This document shows positions 12,541 through 25,460 of a DNA stretch of 63,796 nt, in pieces. Location of the stretch: positions 1-63,796 of the forward strand of contig CDMY01000501.1 of the NCBI GenBank assembly GCA_001179505.1, given 5' to 3'. The first letter of the stretch is position 1. Each line of letters starts with the position of its first letter. The translations under genes and the position numbers were made by a program. The notes under the pieces are model-generated. The model was not told the origin of the DNA. It saw nothing but the letters and a program-made list of their open reading frames with translations, and ran no database searches. Source of the stretch: Vitrella brassicaformis CCMP3155 (lineage: Eukaryota > Protista > Chromerida).

Positions 12541-15500
12541 ATGGACCCCTTGTTTCTCTCCCCCAGCAGCCGCTCCGACACCAGCCATCCTGACGCACAA
12601 ACATCGGCCTCGCTCGAGGAGGGCTCCCTGACCCCTGTCGACCGCAGCTGCGGAAAAGACCAAGATCCACAGCCTCTCGTCGGTGCCGCTGGTGCTAGTG
12701 GTGACGCAGAATCCATAGAAAAAGGGCAAGAGTCTGGTGTTGGTGGTAGTGGTGGGTTGACGACGTCAGCTGGGAGCGGTAGCAGCCTTTCCGTGAGCGC
12801 CAAGAGCAGCCACGTGGAGCAGGAGGACCACAGGGCCCCTCAGGTCCCTCACACAGCGAGGAGGGCGTCGAGCGGTGCACAGATAGAGAGAGAGATAGCC
12901 GCCGCAGACCGAGAGCAGGTCAACAAACAGGTCAGCCACGCCACCCACAGATCGACAGACAGAGCAGCTGATGACCATCTGTATGCCTGCTTCCTCACAT
13001 AATGCGATCATGCAGGTCCCCGGTCGTCGCGCGAGTGACGGTTTCGTCACTCCCTCTCGCTCGGCAGACACACTCCGCGACACAGCGGCACCAGCTACAG
13101 CCCCTGAAACCACCATCGCCACCACCACCACCACCACCGCCGCCGCCACCGCCACCGCCACCGCAGGCCAGCAGCCTCAGGCCCCCGAGCACGCACACAT
13201 TTCTCTCTCGCCCTCGCCCTCGCCCCCGCCTCACCACCAGAGGGGCAGCCGCTCGACGCTCTCACCCTCAGCCACACCCACCTCGCGTGAGAGGGCGCCT
13301 GTTGTGGAGCGAGGTTCGAAGACCCCTGAGCCGCGGGCAAGCCGAGACCATCACAAGATGGAGGAGGGCGAGGGCCGTTCGTCGTTTCTCAGTGGCTTCA
13401 TGATGCGCTTCTCGCCGGGGCAGAAAAAGGCGGCAGAACAGACGCAGGAGCAGGAGCAGGAGCCGATGCCGGCAGCAGCCACGCCCCCGCCCGTAGCCCG
13501 CGGGAAGGCCAATAGCGACCATGGTGACGACCAGCAGCAGCAGCAGCAGCAGGAGGAGGAGAGTGGGGAGAGGGGCGAGAGTGGGGGTTTCTTTGCGGCG
13601 AGTCTGCTGTACACGCCCAACAAGAAGGCCGACGACGGTGCGGCCAGCCCACAGGCGGCCAGCACCGCGGTGCACCGCCCCTCTCACTCACCCGGCGTCA
13701 TCGCACCAGCAGCACCACTAGAAGAACGTGATCATGAGCATGAGGGAGAGGGAGAGGGTGAGGGCGAGGGAGAGGGAGAGGGAGAGAGGGGTTCGGATGG
13801 CGTGCCCCTCACCCCTCCGCCCAAGAGCCCCTCTGCACCTTCGTCGACCTCGGGCGAGGGTATCGGCGTGGGTCTGGAGAGGAAGCACCAGCAGCAGCAG
13901 CAGCATCAGCAGCAGGTTCAGCAGGATCAGAAGATGAGCAGGGGGGACATGTCGCGGGTAGAGGAGATCCGGCGCAAGATGAGCGCCAGGCTGCAGGGGG
14001 GAGTGGGCAAGGAGGGGCTGTCGCGGGGGGGCTCAGGCTCGCTCAGCCTCGCAAAGCTGCCAGGTACGGTAGGCACACACCACACCCACCGCACACACAC
14101 GTGGAAAACGCCACGCCACCATCTTAAGTGTGTCTGTCGTGGTGCATTGCGTCAGAGGTGGCGGCAGCGGCATCCTCCTCCCTCTCACCCGCCTCTGACG
14201 CCTTCGACTCACCCGAGTCACTGCAGTCGATGCAGTCGATCCCAGCCCACCACACACCCACACCCAAACCCGACCAGCCACACCCACACCCCCCGTCCCG
14301 CCCCCTCACCACCGTCACCCCCTCCCCGGCCAGCGCGGAGAGCGGCGGCATCGGAGGCATCGGAGGCATAGGCGGCATCGGAGAGAGCCCCTCTCGATTG
14401 ACGATGTCGTATCGCGAGAAGCGGGAGCTGACCAAGTTGCAGGAGGAGAACGAGCGGTTGAGGAAGGGCATGGACGAGGAGAGATGTCGGAGGGAGGGGT
14501 GTGTGGGGGCGCTGAAGGAAGCGTGTCGACTGGTGGATGTGCTGCAGAGGGAGGTCCGGGAGGGGGAGACTGCCCGGGTGAGGGAGGGAGGGAGGGAGGG
14601 AGAGAGACAGAGAGGGAGAGAGGGAGGGAGGGAGGGAGGGTGTGCCGTCGCTGTGTGGTGTTCAGTGTGAGTTGGTGGGGGAGTGCCAGCATTTCAAGGA
14701 CAGTAGCCAGCAGCTGCAGGGCCTCCTCGTCAAGGCCAGAGATGTACACCCCACACACCACACCACAACACACTACAACACCTGACACACACCTTCTCTC
14801 TCTCTTTGTTTAGCGTGAGCGGCAGCACCTGGACAACCTGGGCAACAGCCAGAAGACCGTAGAGGAGTGGCGCGCCAAACACCAGCATCTCTACGAGGAC
14901 GTGCAGGTGCGTCAGCCCTCTTCCCCACCCTCTCCCTCTCCCCCCTCCCAACACACACACATCCATCCATCCATCCATGTGTGTGTGTGTGTGTGTGTGT
15001 GATGGACAGGAGAAGCTGAAGGTGACGATGGAGAACTACGAGCGGCAGAAGAAACTACTCAAAGAGAAGACGGCCAGCGAAGAGGTCCGTGGGATAAGGG
15101 CACCTGGTTGTGTAGGGATGGATGGATGCCTTTGTTTGTTGATGCGATGCAGGCCAAGGAGAGCGAGCTGCGGGTGCTGCAACACGAGTTTGAGAAGCAG
15201 GCTCAGCAGCTCGCCAAGGTCACACGCTCGCCCCCACCCCCTTCAAGGGCACACACAGGGATTGGACTCCCGTGTTGCGCTGTGTTGTGTTGTGTTGTTG
15301 TATCCTGCTACACCCCCACAACCACAACACAGGCTGAGGAGACCGCCCAGCAGGTCCCCGGCCTGCAGGAAGACCTCAAACAGAAGGACCAACAGGTGCA
15401 GTGAATCTCTCCATCCATCCATTTTGTGTGTGTGTCGGATATCCGTGTGTGTGTGCAGTTGAGCGGTCTGCGTATGGTGAATTTGAAGCTCGAGGATCGC

Positions 15501-15601
15501 AACGGGGAGCTGGAAACACACATCACGCAGTAAGTAAACAAAGCACGAACACACACACGTGGCCGCCAACGCGCAACACCCCCACACACATCCGCACACC
15601 C

Positions 15602-15644
<43 letters not shown>

Positions 15645-16674
15645 TGTGGACAGGCTGCAGGCCTCAGTAGACGAGCTGCGGCAGCAGCTCAGCCAGCGGC
15701 CTGTCCAGCAGCAGCCTGACGGGTCATCGGCGTCGGTATCGCACTTGGAGGGCCACCACGTCGACTACAGCAAGCGCCGCATGTCGATGTTCACACCACA
15801 TGCAGAGGGAGAGGTGGAGCACCAAGACACCACCACAGAGGGGTGAGCATAATGCCAGCGGGAAGGATGCCACCCAGGCGGCATGTGTGTGTGTGTGTGT
15901 GTGTGACGGCCACAGGGCGCCGAATGCCCGGACGCACCAACCTACCCTCTCCACACACAAAGGCACGCAACACACGCAAAGCACACGAGCCACATGCAGT
16001 CCCCAAGTACGGCGTTATGTGTGTGTCGAGCAGAGGATGACCAGGGAGGAGAGGGCAATGGCGGCGAGAGTGCCGCTGCTGCCGCTGCTGATAGTGGTAG
16101 CAGTGCTGCTGCTGCTGCTGTAGAGGAGCTGCGCAAACAGATGGCCGAGCAGCAGCAGCTGATCGACTCGCTGCGGGCCAAGGTCGAAGAGCGCGATACC
16201 GAACGTATGTTACCCACGACACACCGCACCGCAACACACACACACACACACACAAGGGACACACACACATCGTTCCATTGGTTGCTTGCAGTGGCGGCCG
16301 CGCAGCAGCGCTTCGAAGAAAAGGACGGCGAGTGCAACCAAATCACACAGGTCAGTCTGTCAGTCAGCTGCCCTGCCCTGCCCAACACCACACCACACCA
16401 CACCACACCCCCTCCCCTCCCCGCCAGCCTGCAGGCAATGCATCTCATCTGTCTGGCGTGTGTGTCGTTCGTTCAGTATTGCCAGGAGCTCCTCGAGATG
16501 ATGCCGACCATTGCGGACGGCGAGGCGTCGGAGGACTCGCCTGAGAGTGACCATGGCCACCAGCAGCCGCAGCCGAGGGAGAGGGAGAGGGAGAGGGAGA
16601 GAATGCAGGCGCGGCTGTCGGTCATGGCTGGGCGGCTCTCGATGGCGGCCAACGCCTCACACCAGAGCAGTTGA
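12541..16674 (+). CDS. Large protein with a low-complexity N-terminal half and C-terminal coiled coil; possibly TACC-like
   Basis: Open frames 12541-13002 and 12971-14371, then many short GT-AG exons with heptad-rich sequence (EKLKVTMENYERQKKLLKEK, AQQRFEEKDGECNQITQYCQELLEMM), ending MAANASHQSS*. TACC similarity is by eye only. Confidence 0.7.
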
Positions 16675-16805
16675 TAGATAGACGTAGAGAGGGCGAGGTA
16701 GACAGACAGACTGACTGACTGACTGACAAGAGAGAGAGAGAGAGTGTGTGTAGACTTTGCACTGCAGCGTACGAGTGTGTAGGTGTGTGTGTGGGGGGGG
16801 GGGGG

Positions 16806-17105
16806 NNNNNNNNNNNNNNNNNNNNNNNNNNNNNNNNNNNNNNNNNNNNNNNNNNNNNNNNNNNNNNNNNNNNNNNNNNNNNNNNNNNNNNNNNNNNNNN
16901 NNNNNNNNNNNNNNNNNNNNNNNNNNNNNNNNNNNNNNNNNNNNNNNNNNNNNNNNNNNNNNNNNNNNNNNNNNNNNNNNNNNNNNNNNNNNNNNNNNNN
17001 NNNNNNNNNNNNNNNNNNNNNNNNNNNNNNNNNNNNNNNNNNNNNNNNNNNNNNNNNNNNNNNNNNNNNNNNNNNNNNNNNNNNNNNNNNNNNNNNNNNN
17101 NNNNN
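16806..17105. other. Assembly gap (300 N)
   Basis: Run of n flanked on both sides by the same GTGTGT-poly(G) sequence; may be an artefactual gap. Confidence 1.
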
Positions 17106-17293
17106 GTGTGTGGGGGGGGGGGGGGAATCTGCCGATTGATGTGATGAATGCATAGCTTTGACTTGACGTGAAGGCGAGCATCATGACCGCAGGAGCACAC
17201 CACAAGAGGGCAAACATTTGCTACAACGATCAACGATCCCTTGTGTCCACAACTCCGCATCCATCCATCCACCCCAGCCAGCCACCCGATTAG

Positions 17294-18771
17294 CTAGCTC
17301 TTCTTGCCTCCGCCCACTCTGATCTTGTCCTTCTGGTCAGAAATCGCCTTGGCCAGCTGCTGTATCTCTTTGGTAGACATGCTCTCCCCCGTGTCGCCAC
17401 TGGCCTCCCTCATCTGCACCAGTGTGCCCGTGGGGTCAAAGGGCTCCTGAACACCACACAACACACGACCAATATGTGATCGATCTGGTTTCTCTCTCTC
17501 TCCTTCTCTCTCTCCCTCTCCCTCCGTGAGCCTACGATGGCTTCAACGTGATAAGTGAAGTTGAACTCCTCGCCAGGGGTGAACTTTTCTCTCAGCTCGT
17601 CGCGTCTTTCGGTGGTGGTGAGCTCGTCGGCGAGGGTGAGCAGCTCGAGGGCCTTGAATTCCTGCTCGAAGATGCCCGGCAGCTCCTTGACCATCATCTT
17701 GGGAAAATCGTCCGCAAGGAAAGATCCTGGGAATGAGGTGAGCCGAGCGGACAGACAGGGAGGGAGAAGGGCATGTGTGTGTGGGGGGGTCTCTCACTTA
17801 CTGATCATGCTGCCGTAGTATGGCGGCACCTGTCCCGCCCTGAAGCCCTTCTGCGGCTTGGTCTTGGACTCCTTGGCCGCCTGATTCATCATCCTGTCGT
17901 AGCTCTTCTGTGTCATCCGACCTGCACACACACACACACACACAGTGGCTGTGGTGTGGGGTGGTGGGATGTGAAATTCAGTGGGTGTGCTACCGCCTAC
18001 CGGGGAATTTGACGGTGGCCGCGAACCTGGTCTTCCGCTTCTTGCGGCTGGGATACTCCTCGAGCACCTCCAGACGAACCAGGTCAAAGTCCTGACTGTC
18101 TTCCGCACAACACACACAACACACACAAGGGGGGAGATCAGATCTGCTATGGTGTCCGTATTGACTCGTTCGTCGTACGTGGAGACGATGACGGCTCCCA
18201 CATCAGGGTTTTCGAGGAAGTCCTTAGCTCCGGGATCGATGCCCTCCATGGCTGCTGTTGCTGTGGCGTTGCCTCCCACTGATGGTGCTGGTGGTGCTGA
18301 CGATGGTGGTCCCTCTGCCGTCTTCTGCTGAGTGGTTGCCTGTGCCTTGGCGGACGCCAGCAGCTCGTTGGTCAGGTCGGCGGACAGAGGGGGAGGGGCT
18401 GATGCAGACGCCGATGGTGATGATGGGTCGAGGCTGACCTGCAGGTCGCTGTCAGCATCTTTCGCTGCTCCTGCTGCTGCTGCTGCTGCTGATGATGATT
18501 GCGAGGACGCTGTTTCACTCATCATCACCGTCGTTGTGGATGTGGAGAGAGGGATGGCCATGGCCGTCTTTCTCCTGCATCGATGGCGGTTCAGCCGCCC
18601 GCCTGCTGCACACAGAGGGAGGGGGAGGGTGAAGGCAAGCTGTAGCTGTGGCTGTGGGAGGTCAGAGAGGAGCTCAGGGGCCCTCCTGAGTGAGGTGGCG
18701 ACGGCTGACGACGTCCAGATAAGGTGCAGGCAGGAGAGCGGCACGGCGGACAGCAGCCTCATCACAACCAT
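17294..18771 (-). CDS. Trigger-factor ribosome-binding-domain protein, predicted plastid-targeted
   Basis: Leader MVVMRLLSAVPLSCLHLIWTSSAVA...LAFTLP followed by an S/R/A-rich transit-like region. Exon RMTQKSYDRMMNQAAKESKTKPQKGFRAGQVPP matches the trigger-factor signature GFRxGxxP. Five exons, ending GGGKKS*. Confidence 0.7.
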
Positions 18772-19074
18772 GAGTGCATCTACCCGGATCTCCGATAGAT
18801 CTTCAGAGAGAGAAGCAAACGACGCCAGAGAATGGCTTCGTTGAGCTCGCCTGCCGCGAAGGCGCTGAAGATCTCTGTCAGAGGCTGCGTGGTTGGGGTA
18901 GATCCCGTGTAATGCAACTGCATGCTGAGAACCCTGAGCACTCCGAACTGTCCCTCCTTCTCGTGAACCGTCCCTCTGGCTCATCTGTTGCCTTAACGGG
19001 CAACGACAGCGATCCTCCACAGCCACTCTCATCTACCGACAATCTCGTGTGCGGCAGGTTCACCGCTGTCGGCA

Positions 19075-19586
19075 ATGGAGGATGAGTTCAACCGCGCCAA
19101 ACAGCGGCTGGAGAAGAGGCAGCAAACAGACCGACAACGTGCCCGTCGGGAGCACCAGCACGCCGTGGAGGCTCAGGTAAGCCGCCCAGCAACAGATCTA
19201 ATGTGTTTGTTTGTTTGTGTGTGTGCGTGTGTTGATTGATCTCTCTCTCTCTGTGTATGTCGTGTGGTGGGACCTCGGTTCTCCCAGCAGCAGGCAGCTC
19301 ACCGATATGACTCGTCCATCGAGGCAGCTCGCGCCCGACGTGCAGCGGAGATCGCATCCCGCCCTCCCCCGCCGCCATCGTCAGCAGCTCATGCGTCAGG
19401 AGGGCGGCCGGGATTGCCGTCTGACGCCGACGAAGTCAGGTACGAGACGACTCTCGTGGCTGTAGAAGGAGATCTGGAGGGAGAGAGGGAGGGCGGTGTG
19501 CCGAGTGGCCCTGGCACGTTGCAGCGACTGCAGTCAAGGATGGAGAGCGCTGACAGGATCATACTCGTGAGTGATTGACACACACA

Positions 19587-19624
<38 letters not shown>

Positions 19625-20382
19625 TCGCATAGACACACACGAGATCTGTCTGTCTGTCTGTCTGTCTGTCCATGTGTGTGACCGACCTGCAGCCGTCGAG
19701 TGTGCTGTCCTCCCTCGACTCGTCTCCCTTCCGCGACCGTCTGGAGTTCCCACTCCTCTTCAAACTCACAGCCGTGGCCACCGGCAGACACACACACGCC
19801 GGAGTGCTCGAATTCTCAGCAGCTGAGGTCACACAGACACACAGACACAGACACAGCCAGACAGACAGACAGATGTCCATCGGTGGTGGTCGGATGGTTT
19901 CTCAGCACACGGTGGTGTTGCCGGCCAAGGTGCGCGCCTGCCTGGGGCTGCCCTTTGGTGACCAAACTGAGGCGGCCAAGTGGGAGGGGCTCGGCGATGA
20001 CGCCGATCTGACGACGGCCGTCACAGAGGGAGAGGGAGGAGATTCCATGCAGGTGTGTAACGAGCCATATGACACGGGAGGAGATGCTGACCCATTTATT
20101 GTGTGTGTCTGTGTGTGTGTGCAGGTTGATGGCGAGAGGGAGAGGGAGAGGGATGTGGCGATGCCGCCGAGGGACAGCACCTCGTCGGAGGTTAAGGTGG
20201 AGTATGCCCCGCTGCCCAAAGGTCCGTCCTTATGTGTGCAGCCCCCCCCCCCTCCTCTCCCCCTCTGTCTGTCTGTCTGATGTAGGCACATTTGCCAAGG
20301 TTCGAGCACTCGACGCCGCCGTGCAGGACATACCCGACTTCCGCGTATGTGCGTCGATTAGAGAGAACGACAAGAAACTCAT

Positions 20383-20420
<38 letters not shown>

Positions 20421-22944
20421 TGTGTGTGCGTCAGTCGACTTTGGAGTCGCACCTGCGTCTGCACCACGCGACCCTGACAGTGGGCGATGTGCTGCGTGTG
20501 GGGGCCATCCCGCTGAAGATACTCAGCGTGCTGCCCGACGACAACGACGCCCACGCCATCTCAATCATCGACACCGAGGTGCGTGAAGAGCACATCTGGT
20601 GTGGTGTGCCATTTATGCGCTCTCGTGTGGTGTGTGTGGTGCAGCTGGCCGTCGATCTGGACGTTCCCGCGCTGAGTCGACACGAAGTGCCGCCTCTGAC
20701 ACTCGGGAAGGTCCCCGCACCCACACACCCCCAATCCACCGTCCCTTCATCGGAGGGTTCATTATGTGTGGCTGCAGCCGGAGAGCTTTACCGTGGGCAA
20801 AGGCGAGCTGCGACGGTTCCGCTCGCCCATCCCTCCAGGGGCGCTGACGTCGCTGGAGAAGGGCCTCTCGCAGCTCACATTCACGCTCGCGACAGAGCCG
20901 CCAGGTCGGGCCGGTCGGCCACACACACAGACATAGAGACTCAGATGCGTGTGTGGGTGGATGGCTGTGTGTGTGTTTCAGATGGTGCTGATTTGTACTT
21001 GTCTGTGCCGCCGGTCACGGAAGCGGCCCCTCACCAGCACCATTTTGCGGACTTTGCCGCGGGCACAAAGGTACGATCGGCTGCAGACAGACAGAAAGAA
21101 AGACAGATCGTCATTGGGCCCCTCTCTCTCTGTGTCTGTCTGTCTGTCTGTCTGTCAGACGCTGTCCATCTCGTCAGAGGAGATCAGGGAGGCACTCAAC
21201 TCACACCAAGTAAGCAGACTCACACACACACACACACACACAGACAGCATCCCTCCCTCCCTTTCTCCCTCCCTTGCAGTCCCAGGTGCTCTCCTACGCC
21301 CCCTTTGGCGCGATGGAGAGCTCGCCCTCACTCAATGGTACACATGGGCACACACACACACCCGCACACACACACACACATCTGCCTGTGTGTGTGTGGG
21401 TGTGTGCAGAGGGCCAGCAGTCGTTGTCTTGGCCGTCCGCCATCTTTGTGGGCGTGCACGGCTTCATCGACCACACCACGTGTGACGTCACCGTGGCCAT
21501 CGAGGACGTCAAGGCGCGGCAGACGGAGGGCACCGACGACGGCACCAACGCCACCACCAGCGGTGCGGTGTCTGTCTGTCTGTCTGTGTGCATCAACCCC
21601 TCTCTGTCTCTCTCTCTCTGTGTTATGTTAGGTGTGGAGAGGGAGGTGCTATGGTCAGGCCGTGTAAGGTGCTCCAACTGCCACAAGCTGGTGCCGGAGG
21701 CCTCCCTCGACCTGCATCTGCTGCACTGCCAGAGGCACTGCCAAGTGTGCCCCATCTGCCAGGCTGTGCTCAAAAGGTGACAATCTGGCATTAACACACA
21801 CACACACACAGGGAGAGAGAGAGAGGGGATTGTCTTCGTTCGTTGTGCAGGTCGGAGTTCGCCTCTCATTGGCACTGCCCAAAGTGTTCCCAGGCGATGC
21901 ACGTCGACCAGGCTGCCAAGGTTAGTGAGTGTCAGTCATCGTGGCCCACCCATTGGACCCTCTGTGTGTGTGTCTGTGTCTGTGTGTGTCAGCACATGGA
22001 GGTGTGGCACACACTGATAAAGTGCGAGTGCGGCCAAGAGATGGAAAGATCACAACTCACAGTAACCAACCCCCCCCAGCCCCACCCCCACCGACAGCCC
22101 CTTTTCATCTTCGCTCTGTGTATATCATATCAGGCGCACAAGCGCACAGAGTGTCCTCGGCGTCTGGTGCTTTGTCGGTTCTGCGGCAATTACTTCCCCG
22201 CCGGGGACGGGCGGGGCCTCGACCACCGGGACAGATTGCGGGGCCTCACCTCACACGAGGCCTACTGCGGGTCCCGCACGGCCGAGTGCCACCTGTGCGG
22301 CAAGAACATACAACTCAAGGTAGGTGGGGTGGCAGGGAGGCGTAGAGAGGGAGAGGGAGAGGGGCGATGTTTGTGTGTGTGTGTGTGTGTGTTGTGTGTG
22401 CAGGAGATGGACTTACATATGCAGGTGGCACACACGCTGGCCGAAGTCGACAGGGACATGATGCCGCCATCTTCGCACCCCGCCCCCGCCCCACCACCAG
22501 CAGCAGCACGACCACCCCCACCACCAGCGCCCCGGCCGTCAAAGTGTCGCAACATGCCGTGTGACGAGCGGCCGGGCGGTGAGAGCGACGGCACTGAGTC
22601 CGACGGGCTGTGTCCAAGGTGCCGCGCTTTGCTGGACAGCATGGAGGCCCGCACGAACCCGCAGCAGCTTGTGAGTCGGTACTTCGTGCAGCTGACCAAG
22701 GGGTGCGGCAGCAGGGCCTGCACCAACACTGAGGCATGCTGCACTGCATCAGGGTGAGGAAGCGAACGAACGCCACACGTCTGTGAGTCATGACCATGTC
22801 GATGTCGGTGTGTGTGTCTGTGTGCCTGTGTGCCTGTGTGTGCGCAGTGGTCCGCCGGTGGATGCGCCGTCAGCTGCCGTCAAGGTGCTGCAGCTGGCCA
22901 GGGCGGCGCCGCAGATCTACTACGTGTGTCTCTGGTTCTCGTGA
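19075..22944 (+). CDS. UFD1-like domain protein with TRAF-type zinc fingers and a C-terminal AZUL-like zinc motif
   Basis: DRIILPSSVLSSL..EFPLLFKL..HTHAGVLEFSAAEG (UFD1 N-domain); CSNCHK..HLLHCQRHCQVCPIC, HWHCPKC, HKRTECPRRLVLCRFC, HEAYCGSRTAECHLC (TRAF/XAF1-type fingers); RYFVQLTKGCGSRACTNTEACC (resembles the UBE3A AZUL motif). Confidence 0.85.
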
Positions 22945-23432
22945 CTCACTGACTCACTGACGCCCACGAGGGAGGGAGGGACGCAGTGAGTTGTGTATGG
23001 GTGGGCGCTTTAGTGAAGGGAACTTGAAGACTCGTTCGTTCGCTGGCTTATTGATCTCGCCACACCACACAGGCGTCCGAAGATCCATCCATCCATCCAT
23101 TCAGCCGTTGACACACACGCCTTCATTCACCCCGTCCACGGCCTCAATCATTCTGTCGGTCTGTCTGTCTGTCGGTCGGTCGGTATGTCTCTTGTATCGC
23201 AGCCCCCGCCCCCTCTAGCAATACGTACTGACATACAAACGGCCATTGACCTCCCTGAGCCATTTATTCAATTTTGAGACTGTGACATCCATGACGGGCC
23301 GTGACGTCCCGCCCCCTCACTCCCTGTCTGTCTGTCTGTCTGTCGTCCGCTGCTGTTGACCGAGCCCACGAACAGACCACATTTGATAGAGCAGGAAGCA
23401 TTTTGTGTGCGTGCATCGATGTCCCCATTTGA

Positions 23433-23848
23433 GTGCAGGACGGGACGGAGATTGAGAGCCCTCCCAGCGGCCCGCAAGGTGGGACGGAGACTGAGAGCCC
23501 TACACACGACAAGGTGAGTGGGCAGCACAGGCCGTGGATGGAGCCACTGTGTCTGTCTCCCTTTCAGCGAAGTTTGTCAAAAGCATCAAGGAAGGCCTCA
23601 AGCTACTTGCTGAGGGCTTGTTGACAGTGTTGAATACAGGTTCAGCTGCGATATGGCCTCAGGTTTTCCTCATATATATCATTCAGCGGAGCGTGGATAA
23701 CATAGAGGCACAGCAATCTGTGGCTCCACTTCTGTCACAGCTGCAGAGAGTTGCCGCCGAGGAGATCATTCTGTTGGCAGGCTCTCTCCAACTTCTCTCA
23801 TTCGTTGCCCTCAAAAAGTTTTTCCCCAAAAGCGGAGAGGAAGAGTGA
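23433..23848 (+). CDS. Possible small hydrophobic protein (partial model)
   Basis: Two exons joined by a GT-AG intron (ESPTHDK / AKFVKSIKEGLKLL...KKFFPKSGEEE*); no homology recognised. Confidence 0.3.
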
Positions 23849-24058
23849 GTGAGCGAGTGAGTGAGTGGGGATGGGACGGACCGTTTTGTGGCACGTGCAC
23901 ATGTGCACTTCAAGTGGATTTGAATTCATTTTTCATTCATTACAGTCCCTTACACCCCCCCACCCACAACGCACAAACCCGACAAACAATCCGTTAACGT
24001 AGAAAAAGCAGTCGGCCCCATGGCATGTGTCACCTCACCCCCTCCCTACATCGACATC

Positions 24059-24195
24059 TACACACACACACATTCGTCAGCCAGCCCGCGCAGCCCCTTC
24101 CCCCCCTACACACACACACACATTCGTCAGCCAGCCCGCGCAGCCCCCTCCCCCCCTACACACACACATACTACGTCAGCCAGCCCGCACAGCCC
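24059..24195. repeat. Tandem repeat, ~50-bp unit x3
   Basis: CATTCGTCAGCCAGCCCGCGCAGCCCC at 24071 and 24121, degenerate at 24171, separated by poly-C/(CA)n. Confidence 0.9.
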
Positions 24196-24414
24196 TCACC
24201 TGCCCCCGTCAGCCACCTTCCAAAGGAGCAAACATATAATCCATAGTGGCAACAAACAGCCAGGAGAGGAAGGCCATTCCGACGCAGGCGAGGAGAATAC
24301 CAGCTACTGCCGCACCGGCCTCTCTCACGACAGCCTCCTCCCACGTTTCTGCAGCCCTCGCATCCACACCAGACAGACATTGCACGAGCAAACTCACCAA
24401 TGAACCCCTGCAGG

Positions 24415-24985
24415 AGTGCGTGCGTGTGGCGTGTCTGCGTGCCTTTGGTCTGCTGCAGGGTGAGGCGTCTTTTGGTCTCCTTGAGTCCCTGGAACTTGTT
24501 GAACTCGGCCATGAAGCGAGCATTCTCTTCGAAGGTCCGCAGCCTCCGGTCCACCTCAGCCATCCGCTGCTCACCTGATTGCTGCACAGACAGACAGACA
24601 GACAGATAGCCATTCATCAGAGTGCATGTGTGTGTGGCGACATAGATGTCATTCAGTCACCTTGGTTGGCGGTTGGTGGCTCTCATCTGAGAGGCCAGAT
24701 CTGTGTGTTTGGTGGCGCGGGAGAGGCGGACGGGCGGCGCGACAAAGGCGGACACCGCGATGGCCGGCAGCCCTCCGTTGTCAACAGAATAAGACACACG
24801 ACTAACACCGTCGCTGATGAGGGCATAATGCTGGAGTTGATGCTGCGCTTCTTGTGCATGGCGTGCTGGTGCTCCCGGCGGGCACGTTGTCGGTCCCTTT
24901 GCTGCCTCTTCTCGAGCCGCTGTTTGGCGCGGTTGAACTCATCCTCCATTGCCGACAGCGGTGCGGTAGCTGCCGCACACGAGAT
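24415..24985 (-). repeat. Chimeric dispersed repeat, copy B; carries an 88-codon ORF (24949-24683) whose start is copied from the UFD1-like exon 1
   Basis: Homologous to 33976-34540 (+) and 4357-4650; its 5' ~120 nt match 19042-19164. Confidence 0.9.
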
Positions 24986-25460
24986 CCAAGGCCTTCCTGT
25001 GACGGGATGGACGTCGGAAGATCGCTGCAGTGCGAGCTTAGCTTCGAGGAAGAATCTCGCGTCTGATCTAGAGATGTATTCGCACACAGGTCATGGCACA
25101 CAGGCGAAGGCACAGGCAATCACAGAAACACAGGTAACCAATACTGCTGAAGGGCGACGGACTCTTGCCTGCCTGTTGTGATTGATTCATCGCACGACCT
25201 GTGTGTGTGTGTGTCTGCTGCAGGTGTGCCTGGCGCCGATTGAGAGGGCAGACTGGCAAGGCCAAGGCAAGAGTGCATCCTGTGCTTCTCACCCGGGCAT
25301 GTGAGGACATGCCAGCATCCCACCGTCACCGACGAAGCGGACCATCAGCCGAGCCCCTGCGCTCATCATCCCCAATATAGGCTCGCCTTCGTTGCCGCGC
25401 ATAATGACACTCGTTATCTTCTCGTGCGGATTGATATTCGGCATCGCTCTCGCCCTGCTG

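Noticed and set aside
10061-17272. ORFs spanning poly-X
   Set aside because: Artefacts of the two 300-N gaps.
24059-24195. CRISPR-like array
   Set aside because: The units are contiguous tandem copies without unique spacers, the host is eukaryotic, and there are no cas genes. The same applies to 26948-27010.
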